DNA from: Bryobacterales bacterium
GTDB lineage: Bacteria > Acidobacteriota > Terriglobia > Bryobacterales > UBA6623
Direction: 5' to 3'
Assembly: GCA_963422375.2 (NCBI GenBank)
Contig: OY729428.2
Span: 2,400,001-2,464,000 of the forward strand
Length of the DNA stretch: 64,000 nucleotides
The position numbers were made by a program, and so were the translations under genes. Below, piece after piece: positions 49,589 through 56,997 of this stretch. The first letter of the stretch is position 1. Every line of letters starts with the position of its first letter. The notes below the pieces were generated by a model. That model had not been told where the DNA came from. It saw nothing but the letters and a program-made list of their open reading frames with translations, and did no database searches.

Positions 49589-50517
49589 CGCCGCCGCGCC
49601 CCGGCCACGGGGCGGAGGCGCGGTTCGCCGAGCGCTTCGCCCCGGCCACGGCCCGCCTGTACGCGGGCCAGTGGCGGGCCTGGGAAACGTGGGCCTGGCT
49701 GTCGGGGCGGACGCCCCTGCCGGCCGATTCGGCTTCCCTGGCCGAGCACGTGCTGGCGCGCTCGGCCTCGGCCTCGATGCCCACGCTGCGGGCGGCGGTG
49801 GCGGCGGTCGGGGCCGCCCACCGCTTGGCTGGATCGCCCGACCCGTCGGACAGCGAGACCGTGCGGGCGGCGCTCGCGATGGCCGCGCGCAAGATCGGCA
49901 GCGACAGCGCGCAGGCGCGGCCGCTGGACGCGGCGGCGCTCGAGCTCGTTGTCGCGACCGCGACCAAGCCCCGGCGGGGGCGGGGGGGCAGTCGGGAGAC
50001 GCCGCGGAGGGCCGAGCGGCGCGGGCGGGTGGACATCGCGCTCTGCCGCGTGATGCGAGACGCCATGCTGCGGCGGTCCGAGGCCGCGGCGCTAGGATGG
50101 GGCGACGTGGAGACCTACACGGACGGGTCGGCGCGTCTGACGGTGAGGCGATCGAAGACGGACCAGGCGGGGCGGGGGGCGGTCCTGTACCTCGGTCCCG
50201 AGGCCGCCGCGGCGCTGGCCGCGATCCGTCCGGAGACGCCGCGCGGGACGGTATTCGGCCTGGGGGCGCGGCAGATCTGCCGCCGCATCGCCGCGGCCTG
50301 CCAGGCGGCCGGCCTGGGGGCGGGCTACTCGGGCCACTCTCCGCGGGTGGGCATGGCGCAGGACTTGGTGGCCTACGGGGCGGACCTGCCCGCCGTCATG
50401 CAGGCCGGGCGGTGGTCCTCGCCCGACATGCCCGCCCGCTACTCGCGGCACCTGCTGGCCGGGCGGGGGGCCGTCGCGCAGTACTACGCGTGCGGGCAGG
50501 TCCCGCGCGGACGATGA
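49585..50517 (+). CDS. Cre-like tyrosine recombinase
   Basis: GTGA overlap; LRRSE (R), RSKTDQ (K), GHSPRVG (HxxR), GRW, MPARY; SAM-like N-domain. Confidence 0.92.
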   Translation: MTPPRPGHGAEARFAERFAPATARLYAGQWRAWETWAWLSGRTPLPADSASLAEHVLARSASASMPTLRAAVAAVGAAHRLAGSPDPSDSETVRAALAMAARKIGSDSAQARPLDAAALELVVATATKPRRGRGGSRETPRRAERRGRVDIALCRVMRDAMLRRSEAAALGWGDVETYTDGSARLTVRRSKTDQAGRGAVLYLGPEAAAALAAIRPETPRGTVFGLGARQICRRIAAACQAAGLGAGYSGHSPRVGMAQDLVAYGADLPAVMQAGRWSSPDMPARYSRHLLAGRGAVAQYYACGQVPRGR

Positions 50518-50551
50518 GAGAGGCCGGTCGCGCCGGCCAGGAGGAGACACC

Positions 50552-51082
50552 ATGACCTATCCCAAGCCCACATACACCTGCCTCGGCAGGGTGAGCGGAT
50601 GCTGCGGCATCCGCCACCGGAGCAGGGCCGAGGCCGAGCGCTGCATTGAGCGCGCGGCCGCTGCCTCGGAGGAGCAAGACGCTTATTTCGACCGCCGCAT
50701 CGTGCTCGCGTCAGAGCACGAATACGCGTTGGCGGCGGCGCGGCAGGTCATCGAGCTGCCGGCCGACATCGCGCTGAGCCCGGTAGGCCTGGTGGCCACG
50801 AGGCTCAAGCCCGAAATCCCGGACTCCTTTGAGCAGCTGCTCCTGGCGTCTGGGCTAAGCCCAGACGCCGAGTGGCGCGACGACCGCGGTCTGGGCGAGC
50901 AGGACACCAGGGATCGCATCGTCCTGGAGATCGTCCGGGAGGACGCTCGACTCAGCGAGGGGCTGTCGGCGCGGCTGGCGGTGCTGGCCAGAGCGTACCA
51001 TCTGCTGGTCCTGCCAGCTGTCCTGCCCGCCCCCATGCACGACGAGCGGGGAGGGGGCGTCGCGCGGTACGCTCGCTCCTAA
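50552..51082 (+). CDS. Cys/His micro-domain protein (Z-X')
   Basis: MTYPKPTYTCLGRVSGCCGIRHRS plus LPADIALSPVGLV...YHLLVLP, paralogous to the 48172 ORF. Confidence 0.8.
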   Translation: MTYPKPTYTCLGRVSGCCGIRHRSRAEAERCIERAAAASEEQDAYFDRRIVLASEHEYALAAARQVIELPADIALSPVGLVATRLKPEIPDSFEQLLLASGLSPDAEWRDDRGLGEQDTRDRIVLEIVREDARLSEGLSARLAVLARAYHLLVLPAVLPAPMHDERGGGVARYARS

Positions 51083-51116
51083 CTGACAGCCGCCCTCGGC
51101 GTGGTAGGCTGTAGGC

Positions 51117-51422
51117 ATGACGACGGAGAGCTCCCGCACCGCCGAGCCGGCCCCGAAGAAGCGCTACGGCGCCAAGCAGGTGCGTGTCACGCAGCCGTGC
51201 ATGGACCTGCTAGCGGACTTGACGGCGCGCCTGGGGCCGCACTGGGCGCACCGGCCGGCGAGCGACGTGATCGCGTGGGCGGTCACGCGAGCGATCGCGA
51301 CGCTGGACCCCGAGACGGCGAAGACGGCGACCGGGCTGGCCGCGGCCCTGGACGCGCACGAGGCGGCGCTGCGCAGGTTCCGCGCGGGCTGGCCGGGCGA
51401 GCCGGCCGAGATGCCGCGATAG
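51117..51422 (+). CDS. Small putative DNA-binding (RHH-like) protein, probably leaderless
   Basis: KQVRVT strand plus two helices; preceded by CTGACA-16-TAGGCT, with ATG 6 nt later. Confidence 0.6.
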   Translation: MTTESSRTAEPAPKKRYGAKQVRVTQPCMDLLADLTARLGPHWAHRPASDVIAWAVTRAIATLDPETAKTATGLAAALDAHEAALRRFRAGWPGEPAEMPR

Positions 51423-51491
51423 TTGCCCCGCTCCCGATACGCATAGGGCGGGCCCTGGCGGGCCGGGGCGCCTAGCGCCAGGCAGGCCCGG

Positions 51492-51565
51492 AGAAATATT
51501 TGAAAAAAATCGGCATACGGGCTAAATACCTATTGACAGACCTCCACGATGTGGTATACTGTATA
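51492..51565 (+). promoter_or_regulatory. Strong sigma70 promoter P4 (near copy of P1)
   Basis: CTAAATACCTATTGACA (-35 at 51533-38), CCACGATGTGG, TATACT 51555-60. Confidence 0.85.
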
Positions 51566-51584
51566 CAGGAAAGGAGGTCAGCAC

Positions 51585-51875
51585 ATGCAGTTTGACCTTA
51601 TCATCACGCGCCACCCGGCGCTGCTTACAGTCCTCGTCGAGGACTTCGGCGTGTCCCCGGACACGCCCGTGGTCGCCCACGCTACGGCGGGCGACCTGAA
51701 GGACAAGCACACCCTAGGCGTGCTTCCCGTGGGACTCGCGGCGCTTACCGCGAGTCACACGGAACTGGTGCTCCGGGTTCCCCCGGAGCTCCGGGGCACC
51801 GAACTCAACGCCCAGCAGGTCCGCCAGTACATGGCGGGCCTCAAGGCCTACCAAATTCAAGAGGTGACGCTGTAG
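51585..51875 (+). CDS. Csx16-like protein (candidate cOA ring nuclease)
   Basis: AAGGAGGT RBS; IITRHP, H, GVLPVGLAA, L.VPPELRGTEL...L.AY.I match the Csx16/VVA1548 pattern and size (96 aa). Confidence 0.78.
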   Translation: MQFDLIITRHPALLTVLVEDFGVSPDTPVVAHATAGDLKDKHTLGVLPVGLAALTASHTELVLRVPPELRGTELNAQQVRQYMAGLKAYQIQEVTL

Positions 51876-51882
51876 GTCACCT

Positions 51883-51911
51883 GAGGCGCCCGGGCTTAGT
51901 CCGGGCGCCTC
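51883..51911 (+). terminator. GC hairpin after the Csx16-like gene (no U-tract)
   Basis: GAGGCGCCCGG/CCGGGCGCCTC 11-bp stem. Confidence 0.5.
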
Positions 51912-51929
51912 TAACCTTAGGGATTTCAG

Positions 51930-52535
51930 ATGACGACGATGCTATCGGCGACCGCCGGCCCGACCTTGAGTGACCTCGAAAACAAGAGGCAGCCCAAGGA
52001 AGCTGCCGAGAAGTACGGTATCACGACAGCCATGTATCGGCTGATGAGGTACGACGTGCTGAATCTCTGGGCTTACGTAGAGAAGTACCGGATTAGGCGG
52101 GACACCTATTACGACATTTACAATATAGAGGTCCTTCTTCTCGGCAAGGTGGCAGTCTACGCCCCGATAGGGCGCAGGCCCGAAATTCCTAGCCGATACG
52201 TGGAAAAGGAACTGCATATCGGCGAGGTAAGGCCTTGCGGTCATCAGATTCGCGTGGAGCGCAACTACGCGAGCGAGAAGGCACCCATCGAGTATCTGCC
52301 CGAGAGGGCATTCAATAAATGCTTCGAGGGCGATATGAACGTCCTGGTCAGGGACGTCATACGTCACTTCGATATAACGTGTCGGAGGATAGCAGGCATG
52401 ATTCTCTACTCCTACGACGACGAGATATATGCTAGCAAGCTGTATCAACGTCTGAGTATGGGCAGGGAAGTTGCGGACTTGCCTGTAGCCAGGGACGCGC
52501 TCCTGAGTGAGTATCGTACCCTAAAAGGAGAATAA
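51930..52535 (+). CDS. Low-GC paralog 1, unknown function
   Basis: IGEVRPCGHQIRVERNYASE..PIEY...RDVIRHFDITC shared motif. Confidence 0.85.
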   Translation: MTTMLSATAGPTLSDLENKRQPKEAAEKYGITTAMYRLMRYDVLNLWAYVEKYRIRRDTYYDIYNIEVLLLGKVAVYAPIGRRPEIPSRYVEKELHIGEVRPCGHQIRVERNYASEKAPIEYLPERAFNKCFEGDMNVLVRDVIRHFDITCRRIAGMILYSYDDEIYASKLYQRLSMGREVADLPVARDALLSEYRTLKGE

Positions 52536-53042
52536 ATGAAATACAAATACAAGTATCTTAGTAAGTACGAGATCGACAAGCTGGGGAGGGACTTCTTCCT
52601 CATAGTAGCTCCGATTACTACGATACCTATGTATCGGATGGGCCTCGAGGGGGATCCTACGGTCCCTAAGGGCCACATGAAATACTCGTTCTGTCTAGCG
52701 GATGTTAGGTCGTGTAGTAACAGGCTCCGTATAGAGTATCATTACGCGGGCGAGTGGGATCCGCTGGAGTACATGTCCAAGGAGCGCTACGAGAGCGATT
52801 ACGGGGGCGATTTGGATACTCTATGTAGAGACATCGCACGTCGTTTCGATATGTCGTGCAGTAAGATCAAGGGCATGGTGTCTTATCAAAAGTTTCCCGA
52901 GCCCAGCGCTTGGGATGAGATAAGGGCTATTAAGCTCTACGAGTGGCTACTAACAGGCAACGAGCCGTCGGACCTGTTAGTAGGCATAGGCAAGGGTAAC
53001 GTCTTGAGGGAGTTTACCTTACTAATGAAAGGAGAAGCATGA
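52536..53042 (+). CDS. Low-GC paralog 2
   Basis: LADVRSCSNRLRIEYHYAGE..PLEY...RDIARRFDMSC; AAGGAG RBS. Confidence 0.85.
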   Translation: MKYKYKYLSKYEIDKLGRDFFLIVAPITTIPMYRMGLEGDPTVPKGHMKYSFCLADVRSCSNRLRIEYHYAGEWDPLEYMSKERYESDYGGDLDTLCRDIARRFDMSCSKIKGMVSYQKFPEPSAWDEIRAIKLYEWLLTGNEPSDLLVGIGKGNVLREFTLLMKGEA

Positions 53043-53539
53043 AGTTCGAAATGGAAAGACGAGTCGGGCCGACATACGTTGTGTATGTCGTTCCGGACGA
53101 TGAAGACCCATTACGGGTGTTCACTATGGAGAGGGGCGCAGAGACGCCCCTGAAGGTCGACCTAAAGAAGTCGATAGCCTGCTTCCGGGCGGCGGGCCGA
53201 CAACTGCTCGTAGAGAGGTACTACGCCTCCTGCGAGCTGCCCATTGAGTACCACTCTCAGTGGGCAGTCAAGCGTCTCTGGAGGCACGAGCCTCTAGAGA
53301 TCGCACGGTCTCTCGTGCGCCAGTTTAGGCTGGCGTATAACGAGGCCGGAGGAATGGTGATACGCTACCGGAGCTGTGACGACGGCTATTTCACGGCCGC
53401 TTCACAGGCTCTCTACGAAGATCTGACGGGCTTCGAGGGCCCCCAGATTAAGTTCCATAACGAGCCAGAGAAGATCACAGTACCCGTGACCTTCTACATC
53501 GTGGGAAGGGAGGAATCACATGAAGAAGAAGAAGTATGA
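53039..53539 (+). CDS. Low-GC paralog 3 (most diverged)
   Basis: IACFRAAGRQLLVERYYASCELPIEY...RSLVRQF..GM. Confidence 0.8.
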   Translation: MKFEMERRVGPTYVVYVVPDDEDPLRVFTMERGAETPLKVDLKKSIACFRAAGRQLLVERYYASCELPIEYHSQWAVKRLWRHEPLEIARSLVRQFRLAYNEAGGMVIRYRSCDDGYFTAASQALYEDLTGFEGPQIKFHNEPEKITVPVTFYIVGREESHEEEEV

Positions 53540-54077
53540 CGAGTCCGGAGCATACTACAGGGTGTATCGGTACACCCAGATGGGCTTCTGGAGTCATATC
53601 CAGAGCTACGAGGTCTCGGAAGCGGCAGGGGACTTCTTTGTTTCAGTGCGGCCTATGAACGAGATATGTCTGTACAAGCCGCCCATACATGGGGATAACC
53701 TAATTTCCAGCGTTCGGATCAATCATCCTATTCCTATCGCGGACGTAAGGCCCTGCGGTAGGGAACTGCGCGTAGAGAGATACTACGCGAGCGAGATGGC
53801 TCGCGTAGATCATATCCCTGAGGGGGTATTCGATCGCGAGTACGGGCAAGATCTAGATCTATTAGCTCGTGACATTGCACGTCATTTCGATTTGACGTGC
53901 CGTAGGATAGACGGAGCGGTGTTCTACCCGCACGCTTCAGATGGCGGCCCCCGGGAAGAGGTTAGGGCCGACAAGCTGTTTCGCCGCCTTCGGACGGGCG
54001 AGGATGTGGAGGACTTGATCCCGAACAGGAAGTATGTCCCAAAGGGGTATGCTTCCCTGCTTAAGTGGTACTCCTAA
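53520..54077 (+). CDS. Low-GC paralog 4
   Basis: IADVRPCGRELRVERYYASE...RDIARHFDLTC. Confidence 0.85.
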   Translation: MKKKKYDESGAYYRVYRYTQMGFWSHIQSYEVSEAAGDFFVSVRPMNEICLYKPPIHGDNLISSVRINHPIPIADVRPCGRELRVERYYASEMARVDHIPEGVFDREYGQDLDLLARDIARHFDLTCRRIDGAVFYPHASDGGPREEVRADKLFRRLRTGEDVEDLIPNRKYVPKGYASLLKWYS

Positions 54078-54189
54078 GCATCCGATTCGATAGTGGATGT
54101 AACTCAGGTTTGCGGGCATGGCGGATCGTTCCGCTAGAAAGGAGGTCACCTCATGAAGGTTGACCTGGTCGTCCTCGGCGCCTCGCCCA

Positions 54190-55251
54190 TCAGGAGAGCC
54201 TTCCCACATCCTTCAGATGCTCGATGAACCGGTGGCCGATCAGCTCCGCCAAGCGGACAGGGACCGCGTTGCCGATCTGTCTCGACATCGACGCCATGCT
54301 CCCCTCGAAAACGAAGTCCTCCGGGAACGTCTGCAGGCAAGCCGCTTCTCGAACGCTGATGGCCCTGTGCTGCTCCGGGTGGCCGAAGCGGCCGTTCGAG
54401 TAGCTTGTGCATCGTGTGGTGAGCCCCGATGCGGGCGTGTCCCACGACATCCGGCCGTAGACGTCGCTATAGCCTGAGAAACCCTTGTGGCATTGGAGTC
54501 GCAGATGTTCCGGCCAGTCCCGATTGCCGCCGCCTTCCGGCGTCGCCTTGATGCGCTCCAGGTTGCGCGGGGAGAGATTTGCCGCTCTGTGGTTCGCAAC
54601 CTTCCTGTGCGCAGCGCCAGCCCGTAGCGGCGGAAGATGGGATATCCGGTCCCGGACCGTGGTGTATCGCTCGCACGACGTTCCCGGCCCGTGCGTCTCA
54701 TCGGGCAGATGGATCGCACCGTGGCGGCTCCCGACCAGGACGAGCCGGCGGCGGCTCTGCGGTACGCCGTACTTGGCGAGCGTGATGGGACGGTAGTCCA
54801 TTTTGTAACCCGCTCCGTCCAGTCGGCTCAGGAAACCGCCGAAAGGCTGACTGTTCGCGTCGAGCTTCTGCAAACCCGGAACGTTTTCCACGAAAACGAG
54901 ATCCGGGCGGCAAACTTCCACCAAGCGCGCAAAGCAGGCAAGCAGTGGCACGCGCTCGTCTCGATCCGGCAACGGTCGTGTCGTATTCTGTTGCGTGAAG
55001 GGCTGACACGGTGCGCATCCGCTGAACAGCACCGGTTTGGACCCTTCTGCCTCTACCCGGCTCCGGATCGCCTGGAGACTTGCCTTGCGGATATCCGCAA
55101 GTTCGAAATGCGCATCGGGAAAGTTGGCTTCGAAGCTCCCCTTCGCATCCGCATCGTGATCCAGGGCAAACGCGATCTCCATGCCCGCGGCTTGAAAACC
55201 GCAGCTTGCACCGCCACAGCCAGCGAAGAAGTCGTATACCCGAACCGTCAG
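54190..55251 (-). CDS. DNA (cytosine-5) methyltransferase
   Basis: Motif I DFFAGCGG lies upstream of the track's ATG, so CTG 55251 is the likely start; APCQPF, ENVPG, PQSRRR, REAACLQTFP, IGNAVP. Confidence 0.93.
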   Translation of the reverse strand: MTVRVYDFFAGCGGASCGFQAAGMEIAFALDHDADAKGSFEANFPDAHFELADIRKASLQAIRSRVEAEGSKPVLFSGCAPCQPFTQQNTTRPLPDRDERVPLLACFARLVEVCRPDLVFVENVPGLQKLDANSQPFGGFLSRLDGAGYKMDYRPITLAKYGVPQSRRRLVLVGSRHGAIHLPDETHGPGTSCERYTTVRDRISHLPPLRAGAAHRKVANHRAANLSPRNLERIKATPEGGGNRDWPEHLRLQCHKGFSGYSDVYGRMSWDTPASGLTTRCTSYSNGRFGHPEQHRAISVREAACLQTFPEDFVFEGSMASMSRQIGNAVPVRLAELIGHRFIEHLKDVGRLS

Positions 55252-55439
55252 TGGAACTCCGCGCAGCTCTGGAAGTAAGGGCAGAGCGGGCAGAGCAGCA
55301 TGCAGCCCCTCGGTCGCAGCGCCGTCCCGCAGGCGGGGCAGAGCGTCGCGAGGAGCGCGGGGTCGGGCCGCGGCGGGGGGTCCGCCGCGGCCTCCGGGCC
55401 GTCCGCGGGGCCGTCCGCGGGGGCGGCCGTCGCGCTCAG
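55248..55439 (-). CDS. Small Zn-ribbon protein
   Basis: CPACG..L...GC...CPLC. Start uncertain. Confidence 0.4.
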   Translation of the reverse strand: MSATAAPADGPADGPEAAADPPPRPDPALLATLCPACGTALRPRGCMLLCPLCPYFQSCAEFH

Positions 55440-55672
55440 TTCCTGCACAGCAGGCTGCTCATCTGGCAGGAAATCACCCGCTGCACGATCGCGACGGCCC
55501 TTGTCCGGTCGGAGGGTCTGTCCGGGTCGATGCCGACCTGGGACGCGACGGCCGCCAGGGCTGCCGCGCCGAGGCACTCGGACACCATGCCCGCGATCCA
55601 CTCGCTCTTGCTATTGTCGTCGGCGCCGCCCAGGGGAGCGGAATCGCCGAAGGTCACGAGCGGTCGCGGCAT
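55436..55672 (-). CDS. Hypothetical protein
   Basis: AGGAG RBS before MPRPLVTFG. Confidence 0.5.
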   Translation of the reverse strand: MPRPLVTFGDSAPLGGADDNSKSEWIAGMVSECLGAAALAAVASQVGIDPDRPSDRTRAVAIVQRVISCQMSSLLCRN

Positions 55673-56649
55673 CTGCGGTTGATCTCCTGCAGGCAGGCGA
55701 GGGCCGCGGCGCGACACTCCACGAGCGTGTCCTTGGAGAGGCCGGCCGCGTCGCGATGGCCGCCGCCGCCGTGCCGGCTGGCGACGGCCGACAGGTCGAT
55801 GCCGGGGGCCTTGCCGCGGGCCCAGGGGTTGGCGCCGAGCGAGACGCCGAACTTCTCGGGGCCGCTCCAGGTCTGCACGCTGAAGAGCGCCTCGGGGAAG
55901 CGCCGGTAGGGCGCGTAGCGCGAGAAGCCGTGCCGGCCCCCGGCTCCGTCGGCGAAGGCGACGGAGCCCCGCAGCTCGCAAGCCTTCTCCGCGTCGCTGT
56001 CGGCCTGCAGCTGCCGGCGGCGCATGGCGGCGAAGCGCTCGGTGGCGGCGATCTCGCGGGCGCAGCCGCCGAGCCCCTCGGCGCGCAGGGCCGCGATCAC
56101 CGAGCTCTGCTCGCCGGGCCGGGCATGCTTCAGGTAGAGGCGGACCTGCAGCGCGGGCAGGTCCGTGTCGAGCGCCTGGTCCGCCGACTCGTAGCTCGCC
56201 GTGTCGCACAGGTCGGCCCAATGCACCAGCTCTTCCCACTGGGGGCCGGCGACGCCCAGGGCGCGGGCGATCAGGCCCGCGCAGCTCGGGGCCGAGGGAT
56301 CGCAGGCGAAGCGGCCGGGCCGCTCCCCCTTGCGTATCTCGTATTCCGCCCGCTGCGCGTAGCCGTCCGGCCCGTCGGAGAAGCTGGTCTCGTGGTGGTC
56401 GAACCACCAGGCGAGCGCGGGGTCGGGCGTCCAGCGGAAGTCGACCACGGCGCTCGCGGAGAAGCCGTGCGCGGGCAGCGGCCGCGGGTCGACGTAGGCG
56501 CGCGGCAGGTAGGCGCAGGTCGCGTCCTGGCCGAGCTCGCGATGGACGGCCTCGGTGAGGACGGCGGCGCTGATCGCGCCGTCGAAGCAGTGCCCGTGGT
56601 AGGCGACCAGCACGCTCTTGCGGCTCGGTCCGGTGACGTTCGGTTGCAT
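55654..56649 (-). CDS. DHH/DHHA1 family phosphoesterase
   Basis: YHGHCFDG, VDF, FDHH, GGGGHRDAAG. Confidence 0.9.
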   Translation of the reverse strand: MQPNVTGPSRKSVLVAYHGHCFDGAISAAVLTEAVHRELGQDATCAYLPRAYVDPRPLPAHGFSASAVVDFRWTPDPALAWWFDHHETSFSDGPDGYAQRAEYEIRKGERPGRFACDPSAPSCAGLIARALGVAGPQWEELVHWADLCDTASYESADQALDTDLPALQVRLYLKHARPGEQSSVIAALRAEGLGGCAREIAATERFAAMRRRQLQADSDAEKACELRGSVAFADGAGGRHGFSRYAPYRRFPEALFSVQTWSGPEKFGVSLGANPWARGKAPGIDLSAVASRHGGGGHRDAAGLSKDTLVECRAAALACLQEINRRCRDRS

Positions 56650-56676
56650 TTTCTCGGTTCCTCTCTCTCGGCGGCG

Positions 56677-56997
56677 TCAGGCCGCCGCTTCCCGGCATGC
56701 CGGTTCTCCCGCCAGCGCGGGGACGATGCTCCCGTCCCAGTCGGAGGGCCGCCACAGGTAGGTTTCGGCTCCGGCGGCCTCGAGCCGGTCGAGCCAGACG
56801 CGCTGCGCGGGGCGCACGCGCCCCCTGGCGGACTTGAGCTCGGCGAACACGACGCGCTGGCCCCGCACGAGCACCAGATCGGGAAAGCCCGCCTGGCTGC
56901 GGCGCGAGTCGTGAGTGTGGTAGGCGAGCCAGCCGTGCAGCCGGGCCAGCTGCAGCACGGCCTCCTGGAAGGCCCGCTCTCCGAGGAAATCAGGCAA
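56677..56997 (-). CDS. VRR-NUC nuclease
   Basis: GFPDLVL..FAELKS..G...Q..W...WRPSDW. Confidence 0.9.
   Translation of the reverse strand: MPDFLGERAFQEAVLQLARLHGWLAYHTHDSRRSQAGFPDLVLVRGQRVVFAELKSARGRVRPAQRVWLDRLEAAGAETYLWRPSDWDGSIVPALAGEPACREAAA

Noticed and set aside
49585..50517. Classical integron integrase or Rci shufflon
   Set aside because: The protein is Cre-like (SKTDQ, GHSxRVG, GRW), the repeats lack GTTRRRY attC ends, and they are direct rather than inverted.
48193..50618. CRISPR array made of the five palindromic repeats
   Set aside because: Spacing is irregular (about 170-1240 bp), the repeats are in-frame coding sequence, and there are no cas genes.
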